NCBI RefSeq assembly: GCF_004010195.1
Contig: NW_025215330.1
Coordinates: forward strand, 44,821 to 91,357
Direction: 5' to 3'
Length of the DNA: 46,537 bases
Origin: Chiloscyllium plagiosum
Lineage: Eukaryota
Shown here in pieces: positions 24,259-35,399 of the stretch (positions within the stretch are counted from its first letter, which is position 1; each line of letters starts with the position of its first letter). The position numbers and the translations under genes are program-made. The notes beneath the pieces were generated by a model. It was not told the DNA's origin. It saw nothing but the letters and a program-made list of their open reading frames with translations, and searched no databases.

Positions 24259-24443
24259 CAGGTTATAGTCCAACAGGTTTAATTGGAAACACTAGCTTTC
24301 GGAGCGCTGCTCCTTCATCAGGTGGTTGAAGGAGCAGTGCTCCGAAAGCTAGTGCTTCCAATTAAACCTGTTGGACTATAACCTGGTCTTATGTGATTTT
24401 TAACTTTGTACATCCCAATCCAACACCGGCATCTCCAAATCAT
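24259..24443. mobile_element. Palindromic Penelope-like terminal-repeat element (family A) with an intact minimal hammerhead motif on the minus strand (24290-24324)
   Basis: Inverted arms caggttatagtccaacaggtttaattggaa... / ...ttccaattaaacctgttggactataacctg. The minus strand reads cac-CTGATGA-a-ggagc.agc.gctcc-GAAA-GCTA-gtg. Confidence 0.8.
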
Positions 24444-25002
24444 CTTGAAATGTGTATTTGTGGATAGCAAAGCAAGGAGTGTCTCATGGCACAGGCTGTG
24501 CCAACATGTATGAAGTCAAAAAGTTGGATTTCCATATCACAACAAGCAACAAGAAGCTTTGCAAACGACAAGAGGCTAGCCACGCAGTATGAGGCTAATA
24601 AAACAACCTGGATGACCTTCAGTATGTTGACACATGGACCTGAAACGTGAACGAAATCTTCCTTTGCTGATATATCATTACAGACAATGGTCCTGTGCAG
24701 CCAACGAATTGGGGGTGAATAGGAACCCACACTGATGGCGGCTGATCGCTTGCATTGGATGTCATTGCTAAGAAGCAGGAATACAACCCAACTGTTCTAA
24801 ATGGTGATGGAAGCCTTAATTGCTAACTGCTTCCATGACACTTGGGTCAGACAGGCTAAAACTGCATGACATGCTGACTTTAAGTAGAAAGAGGCCATCC
24901 TGCCCATTGATATTATTTTTGTTCATCTGCTGGAGGGCCCCATGGAATTGCATCAGAGATAACCATGAAAACATATTCAGAGTTGGATGATGTTGTATAC
25001 TA

Positions 25003-25235
25003 GGAGAAAGTGATGTCTGCAGATGCTGGAGATCAGAGCTGAAAATGTGTTGCTGGAAAAGCGCAGCAGGTCAGGCAGCATCCAGGGAACAGGAGAATCG
25101 ACGTTTCGGGCATAAGCCCTTCTTCAGGAAGAAGCCCTCCTGAAGAAGGTTTAGCCCTCCTGAAAAACGTCGATTCTCCTGTTCCCTGGATGCTGCCTGA
25201 CCTGCTGCGCTTTTCCAGCAACACATTTTCAGCTC
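25003..25235. mobile_element. Palindromic Penelope-like terminal-repeat element (family B) with a minus-strand hammerhead motif (25095-25128) and a 15-bp TSD
   Basis: Inverted arms agagctgaaaatgtgttgctggaaaagcgcagcaggtcaggcagcatcc / ggatgctgcctgacctgctgcgcttttccagcaacacattttcagctct. The minus strand reads CTGAAGA-a-gggc.ttat.gccc-GAAA-CGTC. Direct repeat tgatgttgtatacta at 24988-25002 and 25236-25250. Confidence 0.82.
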
Positions 25236-25629
25236 TGATGTTGTATACTACACAACAGAAGAATTAACAGACGAGGCAGTATGCTCTTCAACGACTTTGA
25301 AGGTTCTGATAATTGTCTGTCTGTTCACACATCTGTTTCTCTGGGTTGAAGCCAAAAAGGCCATAGGCATAAAACAATGAAAACAGTCTTCCAACTACAT
25401 CCAAAGACAGCACTTTTAAGCATTAAGCAATTATTAAGATTTTCCAGAGCCAACTGTCAACATCCTTCAATTCCTTTTACTGCACAAGGTCAGATGATCT
25501 TAAGGTGTGAACAATTTGAAAAATAAAGATTTTCTTCCATTTTTAAAAACAGTGTATTGATATGAAAAGCTGGGTTCCATGGCTCCACTTAACATATGTT
25601 TTTTGGTTGGCCCCTTATGATTTGACTGG

Positions 25630-26035
25630 ATTCCAAGATAGCAGCGGAGTAGAACACCTCAGCTGAAACTCGTCTGTTCCTTTGTTTCTTTCCCCTCTCT
25701 TTATCTTTTCTTTTTTCTTCTTTGGCCTGGAGCGGAGTGGGGTTGGCAGCTAGTGGGCTCAGACCGAAGATAACTACTGGGTAGAAACTAGTGGAACCTG
25801 GTCAGACCATGTGAAAGTCTTTATAAAGAGACTATATTGTCTATCTTTTTAGCTTTATTTCTTATTTTTCTAACTTATACTATATACAACTGTATGTAAC
25901 CTTTTTTTGTACCTAATATCTGTACCTAGGTACTTTGTACCTAAGATGGCACAAGCGTTGGTGGCATTGTCCACTTTTCACTGTACTCCTGTTCTTTTGT
26001 AACTTGAGTACATGTGATAATAAACCTAATTCTAG
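25630..26035 (+). mobile_element. Probable non-autonomous retroelement with a LINE-like 3' tail
   Basis: Ends in ttttcactgtact...gtacatgtgataataaa, resembling 3' tails of fish non-LTR elements. Family not established. Confidence 0.35.
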
Positions 26036-26255
26036 TTCATGATTTTACTGAAGTGATTCTATATTTTGTTGGGTGGCGGGAGGGGATCTGGAGAGAGATA
26101 GAGTTGCAAAAGGTAAAGCAATTAATATGATTTCAATACCAAGTGGGAGGTGTGGAAAAAGATGAAAAAAAATTAAAAGGTTTGTCCTGCATGCAGCTGC
26201 TCTGCAAATGAACTATGATAAAGTCCAATAACTAGGGAATGAAAAGGATATTCAC

Positions 26256-26377
26256 CATGTTTGACTGCACTCTCTTGCCATTTTTAGAACCTCTTGTATA
26301 GATGTACTCTCCTGCTTGATTGGAACCGACAAAACTTATGGCCTTTATCGCAGGTTGGTCACAAATGAAGTTCACAG
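26256..26377 (-). CDS. ALDH6A1: ALDH6A1 exon 7 (methylmalonate-semialdehyde dehydrogenase)
   Basis: 122 bp, aag|CTGTGAAC...AACATG|gtgaat. (A)[40 protein letters not shown], containing the ISFVGS NAD-binding motif. In phase with exon 6. Confidence 0.95.
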
Positions 26378-27037
26378 CTTTAAAAAAAGTCAAAAAATAA
26401 AGCGCAGTTTATTATTCCCATAGGATGCAGCATACAGCATGCACTTGGAGGTACCCGCAACATCGGTCAGAAAGTTGGTTCGGGAGGAATGGAAAGACTT
26501 GGAGAAATATTACTGTAATATCAGTCATTTTCTTTCTCACTTCTTGAATTTTATCACTATTACAGCCAAACACTTTCAACGTGGGAGAAAATAGCAATAA
26601 TTCACTGCCTCATATACTTAATTATGATATTCAACGCTATGAAATGTCATAATTAAATGTCATTATCTCCACTTCATACTAACAGGTAGTCATTACAGGC
26701 AGCATTCAAGGGAATTTCCTATTCCACACGAGAATCTTGATCATAAAAAAATTTCACATGCTACACAGCCAAATGAAAGGCATCTCAATGGATATCCATC
26801 TGCATCAACGCTGTTAGACAAGCTAAAAAGGTCCCAGCATAATCCAATATACTTTTACATGCATTGAAGCGTGGGAGACAACTTTGACAGGCTATTTTTC
26901 ATAAACTGCTGCGACCATCAAAACTCAAACTTTGGATATTAAATCCTCACATGACTAAGACTTATGATTAAAGGGGTTGGTACATACCAACTTCAACAAC
27001 AGTTTTAAAACTTTTATAGAAATATCAAATTTCCTAC

Positions 27038-27340
27038 CATCATGCTGCCCATGAATAATATTAAGGGTTCCATCTGGAGCTCCTGCATCTTGTAATAACT
27101 TGGCAAGCAACATGGCTGCTCCTGGAACACGCTCCGAAGGTTTGAGCAGGAAGGTATTGCCACACACCATAGCCATAGGGTACATCCAGAGTGGAATCAT
27201 GGCTGGGAAGTTAAAGGGAGTGATGCCAGCACACACTCCTAAAGGCAGTCTGTAGGTGAATGTGTCCATGTCTTTGGTAATGGAGGGCAAGGTCTCACCC
27301 AGCATTAAAGATGTGATACTGCAAGTATGTTCAACAACCT
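27038..27340 (-). CDS. ALDH6A1: ALDH6A1 exon 6
   Basis: 303 bp, cag|AGGTTGTT...GATG|gtagga. (Q)VVEHTCSITSLMLGETLPSITKDMDTFTYRLPLGVCAGITPFNFPAMIPLWMYPMAMVCGNTFLLKPSERVPGAAMLLAKLLQDAGAPDGTLNIIHGQHD, with PFNFP and KPSE motifs. Confidence 0.97.
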
Positions 27341-27694
27341 CTGTCAGGACAGAAGCATAGAGATCACTGTTATGGAGGACCAATTAAACTCTGCAGGTTT
27401 TAAAATAAAACGGTCACTTGACTGGTACCACAAGAATAACCAGAATACCTAGAATTTTAAAACACAAATTAAAATTCTTGTAAAAGTTGCTCAAGTAGGA
27501 AAGAGAAGAATACTTGAGAAACAATATCATGGAAGAGCAAGTTATTAACAGTTCTGGAGGGAATTACTATGGACTACGATGGAAACCAGCTGAATAACTT
27601 GCCATCTGTAATTATGTTTGAGGTATGTGAAATTTATGCGATTTCACAAGATATCACTGATATACTTTTACTTAGGAATCCACACATTACTTAC

Positions 27695-27773
27695 GTAAGC
27701 CTCTGAAAACATCTCCTTCAGCATCTGGCAAAGTTTTACCTTGCTCTTTTGTGATGAGCTTGGCAATTTCAGC
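27695..27773 (-). CDS. ALDH6A1: ALDH6A1 exon 5
   Basis: 79 bp, cag|GCTGAA...TTAC|gtaagt. AEIAKLITKEQGKTLPDAEGDVFRGL(Q). Confidence 0.95.
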
Positions 27774-27883
27774 CTGTTAATAAAATTAAAAGACATCTTA
27801 TTTGAAAGATTATTCTTGTATTCAATGTCAGGTGTTGTAGGCAGTGATGGTAAGTTTGAACAAAAGAATTTCTTTCTGGCTTT

Positions 27884-29050
27884 ATGAACATTCAAACAAG
27901 AAATAAAAGTAGGCCATTCAGCCCTTCAAACCTGCTGTGCCATTCAAGAGGAAACTTGCAAATTATTTTAACCTCAAACTTTACATTTCTGCATATGCCC
28001 AATAATCTTTTATCTTTATGGCAATCAAGAATCCATTTACCTGTGAAGATTCTACAGCTATTACATTTTGAGGAAGAGAATTGTAAATATTCTCAACACT
28101 CTTAGATAAGAATGTTTCCTCATCTGCAACTTAAATGGACAACACCTTCATTTTAATTATGATCCCGAGTTCTAGATTCTTCTTGAAGAAACATCCTTTC
28201 CTCATTCACTGGTCAGGTCCCTCAGGATCTTCTATGTTTCAAATAAGTCACCTCTGACCCTAAACTCCAGGGGATACAGTCATAACCTTTCTAGCCTTTT
28301 CTCACAAGTCAGTCTACTCGCTCCAAATATAAGACTAGTCAATCCTCTGATAGCTTCCAATGCATTAATATCCTTCCCCAAATACAGGGCCGTACTGAAC
28401 ATACGCACTCTCACCAATTCCCTGTATAACTGAAGCAAACCTGTCTTATTCTTGCATTCAATTTCCCTCACGATAAAACACAACATTCTCAGTTTTGCTG
28501 ATTATTTGCTGTACCCGCAAACTCACCACCTGCGATTCATACACTTGGGCACTGGGATATCTGCAAAACTGACCATTTTGATAATATGCTTCTTTTCTAT
28601 TCTTTCGGCCAAAATGGACAATACTGCACTTTCACAGATCTTTGCCCACTCACTTAATCTATATCCTGCTGTAGGCTCATGTCCTATTAGCTTTACTGGA
28701 TAAGCAAATTTAGATATCATATTTTCAGTCCCTTCTTCTGTGCTATTTATATATATTGTAAAGAGTTGAGGCCCCAGCACTGATCCTTGGAACGTCCTGA
28801 CAGCCTGAAAAAGACTCATTTATTCTTACTCAGTTTTCTGTCAGCCAATCAATCTTCTCTCCATGCCAATATATTATCCCTTAAACCATGAGCTTTTATT
28901 TTCCATAATAACTTTCGATCCAGCATCTCATCAAATGCTCTTTGGAAATCTAAATTCAATAAACCACTTTATCTAAAGCACCAGGTACTTCTTTAAAAGA
29001 ACTCCAATCATTAATTATGGTCTCCCTTTGGCAAAACCATACAGCTCTGC
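27884..29050 (-). mobile_element. Old decayed CR1-like LINE in ALDH6A1 intron 4
   Basis: Fragment ORFs QGSVLGPQLFTIYIN...ISKFA (28523-28819) and LLQLYRELVR (28280-28486). Confidence 0.8.
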
Positions 29051-29385
29051 CTGGTGTAACAAGGGGACAAATACCAGTGCAGCAAAATACTCAGCTGATG
29101 ACCTGAAGGTTTGAGCCCATGCTGTGGGATTCTAGAAGCCCTACTGCACTGATACAGAAAAATGATGAGGTAAAGACAAACAACTGCCAATAATAAAGCA
29201 AGAGTGGTGTTGCTGATTTAAAATCAGGCCTGATCAGCAGGAAACTGATGACTGTCTTCAGCAGAAAAAAAGATAAAATTGGGTCGGTGCAAGATTTTGA
29301 AGGTGGATGAGGTTAATATAAGTCCCAAGACACTTTAGTCTTATGCAACTCCAGGTACCTGCTGCAGAGTTACAACAAAAAGCTA

Positions 29386-29594
29386 AAAATCACACAACAC
29401 CAGGTTATAGTCCAACAGGTTTAACTGGAAGCATACTAGCTTTCGGAACGACGCTCCTTCATCACTACCACCTGATGAAGGAGCGTCGCTCCGAAAGCTA
29501 GTGTGCTTCCAATTAAACCTGTTGGACTATAACCTGGTGTTGTGTGATTTTTAACTTTGTACACCCCAGTCCAACACCGGCATCTCCAAATCAT
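29386..29594. mobile_element. Palindromic Penelope-like terminal-repeat element (family A) with an intact plus-strand minimal hammerhead (29469-29503) and a 12-bp TSD
   Basis: cac-CTGATGA-a-ggagc.gtc.gctcc-GAAA-GCTA-gtg. ~80-bp inverted arms. Direct repeat aacaaaaagcta at 29374-29385 and 29595-29606. Near-identical to 24259-24443. Confidence 0.85.
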
Positions 29595-29815
29595 AACAAA
29601 AAGCTAGTACTCCCCTGAAAATTAGTCAACAGAAAACCTGGGAAATCACAGGTAATTTTCCCTTCAAAAGAATATTCTCAAGCTATCTCACTGGTTAATA
29701 AGAGAAAAAATTCTCTATTGGAGGCCACTTATTTGTTCACAGGATTCTCCTTACCCCATCGCCCCGCCCTTAAAAACATTCAATTCATTGACACATCTGT
29801 ACTGAAATCACTTAC

Positions 29816-29977
29816 CATGTTTTCTTTGATGAGTTGCTGATACCTTAAAAAAACTTGTTGCCGACTCAACACTGAGGTCTCTGACCAAGACGGGTAAGCA
29901 CGCTGACAGGAATTCAAGGCAGCAAGCATCTCTTCTTGGGTGGCCTTTGGGACTTTGCCAATCACTTCATTTGTTGC
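29816..29977 (-). CDS. ALDH6A1: ALDH6A1 exon 4
   Basis: 162 bp, tag|GCAACA...AACATG|gtaagt. ATNEVIGKVPKATQEEMLAALNSCQRAYPSWSETSVLSRQQVFLRYQQLIKENM. Confidence 0.96.
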
Positions 29978-30396
29978 CTAGAATCCAGGTCATAAGTAGC
30001 AGGGAAGGTTAATACAAATCCCTGAATTACCACCATAGATGAAGGAATCAGCATGCATGAGAAAAAGAATTATGTGATTGCAACTCAAATCACAAATCTC
30101 TAATTATTAGTCTTTATAATTGTAAAAACCGCTAATACACAAGTTTCACACTGCAGCACTCACACAACTACAGAATGGTTTAATGATAGCATTGAGAGGC
30201 ATCCTGCCATGAAGCTGAAAGTCAAATTCGCTGAATCTTCATCCTTGCTAATAACAGAGACAATACAGGCAAAATTTTCCTCACTGGAGATAAAAGGAAG
30301 AAGCTTTTCTTTTGAAAAATGTGCAGTGAACTCAAAAATGCTTATGAGCCACCAATCTTGCTTTACACAGGTTCCACAAGATTTGCCATAGCTAGT

Positions 30397-30672
30397 GGAC
30401 GGCACGGTGGCACAGTGGTTAGCACTGCTGCTTCACAGCGCCGGAGACCCGGGTTCAATTCCCGCCTCAGGCGACTGACTGTGTGGAGTTTGCACGTTCT
30501 CCCAGTGTCTGCGTGGGTTTCCTCCGGGTGCTCCGGTTTCCTCCCACAGTCACAAAGATGTGAGGGTCAGGTGAATTGGCCATGCTAAATTGCCCGCAGT
30601 GTTAGGTAAGGGGGGGTCGGTGTGGACTTGTTGGGCCGAAGGGCCTGTTTCCACACTGTAATGTAATCTAAT
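30397..30672 (+). mobile_element. HE1-like V-SINE with a ~30-bp internal deletion
   Basis: Near-identical to 16223-16553 except for a missing segment after taagggg. Possible 5-bp TSD ctagt at 30392-30396 and 30673-30677. Confidence 0.92.
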
Positions 30673-31350
30673 CTAGTTAATATACCGTTCCTTAATGATT
30701 TCCCACTTTCACGCTTTGGAAGAGATTTGATATTTCAAAATCCCCAACTTCTAAAAATTGGAAGAGAAATACAATAAACTTTACATTATCCAGCATTTAT
30801 TGGACAATAGATCAAATATTCTAGATAACTAAGGAGGTCCACATAATCAATATAGAAACACACTACATATAGAAAAATAATGCAGTGGGTACACACACTT
30901 ATATACTTGCAGCATAATTCACTTAAATAATAATGCAACTTTGCCTTAAATACTGTACAACTTTACAGGCTGAGAGTCTTCTCACTCGCTGACTACTCAG
31001 ATATCACAATAGATCACAGTATTTGAGGAGAAATTGAATCAACTGATATTTTGTGTGACAGTTCGATTGAACATATATACTTACATGAGGTAAATAAATT
31101 TAAAAACTAATAATTGGACAAAATAATACAATACATTCTGCAGTGTTTGAGGTATACAATTTTTGTTGGGTTATCAAGAGTGTTGCTAAAACAAGGTTTG
31201 CTATATGTCAATAGCATAGTCATAGCCTAAGTATTTTTTCCCTCTCAAAACAATACTACCTCAGCACTTCCTCTGATTGTCCAATAACCTATGTAAACAA
31301 TTCTGACATTTAAATTTTACAAAGTGGATTTAAAAAAAACACATACTCAC

Positions 31351-31425
31351 AGGGTTGTGAATGTCAATCCATTCGGAGGTGCGAGATTCAATAAATTTCC
31401 CATCAATAAATAATTTTGTTGTTGG
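31351..31425 (-). CDS. ALDH6A1: ALDH6A1 exon 3
   Basis: 75 bp, ttgcag|CCAACA...AACCCT|gtgagt. PTTKLFIDGKFIESRTSEWIDIHNP. Confidence 0.95.
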
Positions 31426-32019
31426 CTGCAAAATAAAAATCAGACAGTCTGCAAATAAACAACATACTAATACACTTGACCAGACCTGACTATTCTCCCA
31501 GGCCTCTAATTTTAAAGAATTGAAATATTTCAATTTGGTACTTTTAAACTGCAGGCTGCAGAATATTACTGGTGACAATTTCAAAATATATTCTTATATC
31601 TTTTGTTCAGAAGTATAAGGTTTTAAGAAATCATGGACATACACAAATCAAGACTTTTAGCTTCAGAACAACTTGAAAAGATTCAGTTTAAAATGAAACA
31701 GAAAATAGTTCAATTTTCACCAGAAATTAGCCAACAAAGCAGATTCTATGCTTTATGAAGATAAGAGACCCGTGCTTAACTGACAACATTAAGCCCTAAA
31801 TGAATGTGCAAATTGATTACTTGGGGATAGCTGGTCGCAGCTCGGAGAAATTGCTTGGTAGAACTGAAGAAAATATGAACTGAAGGAGTACTAATACTTG
31901 AAATAAAACATATGCAGCAAGTATGATTTTCTGTTATTACACAATGTGACACAGTTTGTACAAATACATTACTTGTTATACTAACTGTTCATTGGTTAAG
32001 CAACTGTCAACCATCCAAA

Positions 32020-32200
32020 AACCTTCTTATAGGGTGAACTGACCACTCACTCATGACCTACTGGATGGCCACACCTATGCTACAAGGATACTTGTAAGTG
32101 AGCTATGAAAATGGCAGACATTGAGGCTGACTTCTGGAAGATGATTTGTTTGGGGGGAGGCATTAGAAGAGGAGGAGAGGCAAACTGAAAAGCTCAGCTT
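32020..32200 (+). mobile_element. Decayed RTE-clade LINE ORF C-terminal fragment
   Basis: Reads roughly ..GELTTHS*PTGWPHLCYKDTCK*AMKMADIEADFWK, resembling the RTE GEL..G.RP.GRP.LRYKD motif, with stop codons. Confidence 0.55.
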
Positions 32201-32759
32201 GCCTCCTACCAATGCAAGGTCATTTCCGTGGTTTCAACACCAAGCTTTGTGCCCAGAAGTAAACTTTCTGTCACTTACAGGAAGCAGCATGGTATCAAGT
32301 GAAACTGTAGGCTGCTTCTTTAAGCCTGCTTTCAATGTTTGGCCTGCTCTTTCCATCAGACTACTGAACTTTGGCTGGTTTGGAGCTCAGATATTTCTGC
32401 TATTCGCAAAAGCATTAACCTCTTGCTTGAAATTTAATAGAAGTGACAAGCTTATTTTGTAAAGTTTTTGGTGACTTTCCATTCTCCACGTATAACTCAA
32501 AACAAGTCAGTGGTGGATGAATGTACAACCTATTCAAAGGTATGAAGGAGCACAACTGCATAAAATTAACTGTGCATATACAGCTTTGTCAGCAACAATA
32601 TCTTCAGGGGCAAGCACTGTATTCAAGACAAAGGGAACATTTGTCGTTACTTAGGAGACGATTGAGAAAGGAAAGTGATGCAATAAAAAAGTCAATAGCG
32701 AACTTTTTTTTTAAAAAGAAAAAGGCTTGATAGAGCAACTGCAACTGGCCCAAACTTAC

Positions 32760-32798
32760 TGGAGAGGAGTAGCACATACATCCCAACGGAGGAGTGAT
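32760..32798 (-). CDS. ALDH6A1: ALDH6A1 exon 2 (part of the mitochondrial transit peptide)
   Basis: 39 bp, polypyrimidine tract + ttgcag|ATCACT...TCTCCA|gtaagt. ITPPLGCMCYSSP, phase 0/0, in frame with exon 3. MCYSS resembles the fish ALDH6A1 N-terminus as I recall it. Confidence 0.8.
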
Positions 32799-33384
32799 CT
32801 GCAACAGAAGGTAGAAAAGATCATACATGCAAAAATGTCTCCTTCACTGTTTAGCTGCATTGAAAACTTCACATTTCAACTCTTTTCCCTGCCTATCTCC
32901 AACTCTCACACCCTCTCAGCCTAGCTAGTTTCTTTCAACAAAGGTGCACAACAGTTATGGAAATTGGATGTATCTCAGTTCTGTGGGATTTACAGATTTT
33001 CACTGTCTTAGGAATCAGCGATTATGTTTTTCTGCAAAATTAAAAAATGTTGGTGAGAAGCCAATTTATGTTCAGTGTTGAAATTCAGGTGAAGTTACTA
33101 TTTCCAGATTTTATTTGCATGGCTGCACATTACCTTTCTCAAAGGGTACATTACAAATTTTGTATGTCAATAAGTGGATTTTGTAATAAACAGAACGTAT
33201 TCCAAAGCTGAAATAAATCAGTTAGTAGCACTTTAGTTGTCTATGTAGCTCTGTTTAATGGTATAAAATAATTTCCATCCCATACTACTCAATTGTGCTA
33301 ATTGAGTAGAGTCATACAGCAAGGAAAAGGTAGATTTCAATTTCCATTCAACTGTTTTTCAAATATAAAGTATAACAGGCACAA

Positions 33385-33572
33385 GGTAAAGCCACCATAG
33401 TGTTACTAGAGCATATGGCTTTTCTCAGATGACTGGTGGTGGCTTAACTTGAGGCTCACCACACTTCAGGTGAGGTGCCCTTTGTGGTAACCTCAGTGTG
33501 TGCAGATATTACACCCATGCTGTTGGCATCACTGTGCATTGCAAACTGGCAGTCCAGCCAATTGAGCTAACT
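33385..33572 (-). mobile_element. Old tRNA-derived SINE of a second family
   Basis: Minus strand starts gttagctcaattggctgga (A-box-like) followed by a decayed B-box region. The body differs from HE1. Confidence 0.5.
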
Positions 33573-34039
33573 GACTCTCAAGTTATAAATAAATTCAAGA
33601 CAATGATTGAGAATTGGATACTTCACAAAACTGGCATTAGCTTGTAGAAAAGAAATTCTCCAGGTGTTTCAGAAGTTTATCTGAGTGAGAATGAAAAGTA
33701 CTATGAGCCAGAGAGGACCATTAGTACGACATCGAGGTGATTAGTTTTAGGAAGGGTCTTTAAAAAGAAAGTTGGAAATATGCAGAGAAATGTAGAAAAA
33801 AAGATTAGAGAGAGGCCTTGTGTTCTGGATAAGAGAGTGGAAAATGCACACATCAAAACTGAGAAGGTGAAAATTGTTCTAGGGCAGGAGGAAGTTAGGG
33901 ACAGGACACTGAAAGGACTTAAAATTGACAACCGTATATTTGAGATGGTGGCAGAGTGAATGAGTCAAGTTCCACCATGGAAGATAATGAAATGTAATTT
34001 CAGGTAATAAAATTGGATTTAAAAAGCTAGCCTCAATAA

Positions 34040-34525
34040 AAATCATAGAATTGTACAATTCAGGAGGAGGCATTTGATCCGGCTGTACTGGCTCCTGAAA
34101 GAACTACCCAGCCAGCCTCATTCTCCAGCCTCTCTCTCTCTTGCCTTCTAAATTCATCACTATTAAATATTCATTCAGCTCTATTTGAAACCTATGGAAC
34201 CTACCCCCATCACTCTCCCAGGTAGCATATTTTAAACCTTAACTGACTAAAAAAGTTTCTCCTTACCTCATTCCTAGCTCTCTTGCTGACAACTTTGAAA
34301 CAGTGATCCTCAGTGATACACCGAATAGTGGAATCAGAATATCCTCCTTTACCCTATCAAAATTGTTCATTATTTGAATATCTCAAGAAAACCATCTCTT
34401 AAATCTTCTCTACTCTAAAAGGAGAATAAGTTCAATTTCTCTCATCATTCCTTATACTGAAAATTCTTCATTCCTGGTTTCATACTTGCGAATATCTCTT
34501 GCACTCTCTCCAGGGTTTTAACATG
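34040..34525 (-). mobile_element. Highly decayed CR1-like 3' end
   Basis: Begins aatcatagaattgtaca...ggaggg catttga and continues with the layout seen at 5861-6360. Confidence 0.5.
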
Positions 34526-34576
34526 TTCAGCCAGAAAACAATGAAATAATGGTGAGCATGAAACTATAATTATTTT

Positions 34577-34775
34577 AAAAACCCATCTGGTTCACTAATG
34601 TCTTATAAAAAAAAGGAGGAAATCAGCCATCCATGCTATAGATCTGGATTTACATGGGGCAAGCGATGTGTTAAGACTCTTAACTGCCCTCTGAAATGGA
34701 CTCAATTCAGGGCAATTAGATATGGACAACAAATTCTTCCCTGGCTGGCAATGCCTACATCCCCTTAAATAACAA
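34577..34775 (+). mobile_element. SINE fragment with an L2/CR1-group 3' tail
   Basis: aaaaacccatctggttcactaatgtc...ctcttaactgccctctgaaatgg...agggcaattagatatggacaacaaat, the tail being the reverse complement of that at 5590-5660. Confidence 0.55.
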
Positions 34776-35399
34776 AGGAAAATGGATCAGGAACTCATGT
34801 ACATTAGCAAGGTCAACAAATGAATGGGACTTGGTGAGAAGTAGGAGGAGAAGCAAACTTTGGATGAACTGATATTAATGAAGTGTTGGATCTGAGAGTA
34901 GCCAACACACAGATGTGAACATTAGCATTTTAAAGAGTGAAACTGCTTTAAAGAGCTGCAAGATGTGATACAGTGGAGAGGTTATAGATGCTCGATTGGA
35001 GGTTGAACAAGATGCTGAGGGTTTGAACATCTGCTTCACCGGGAACCAAAAAATCAAAGTAGAAAAACTGAATTGACTCAAGAGCATGAAGTTGTATTGC
35101 TGGCTGGAGACAAAGACGACACTTGTAAACTTTTCAATGGCTAACTAGAATAGATATGACACAGTCTCCCTACTGAGTCATGAATTGGTCTGTAAAAGCT
35201 GATCCACATTCCTGTAGATGCTGCCATGATGAGGAAGAGGAAGCAGCCAATCATAGACACTTGACATATTACAGAGAAATTCTCACAAAGGGAGGAGATT
35301 GCAGAAGATTCTGTCCAGCTATAATTGGACATGAAAGGGGGATCATGTGAAGGCAATCCAAAAATAACTAGACTGTGGTGGATAATGCTGGAAAAAAAT

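Noticed and set aside
32268..32300. Alternative ALDH6A1 exon 2 (cag...gtaagt; T*YHAAS)
   Set aside because: 26 nt long, frame-breaking, with a stop in the homology-like frame; 32760-32798 fits better.
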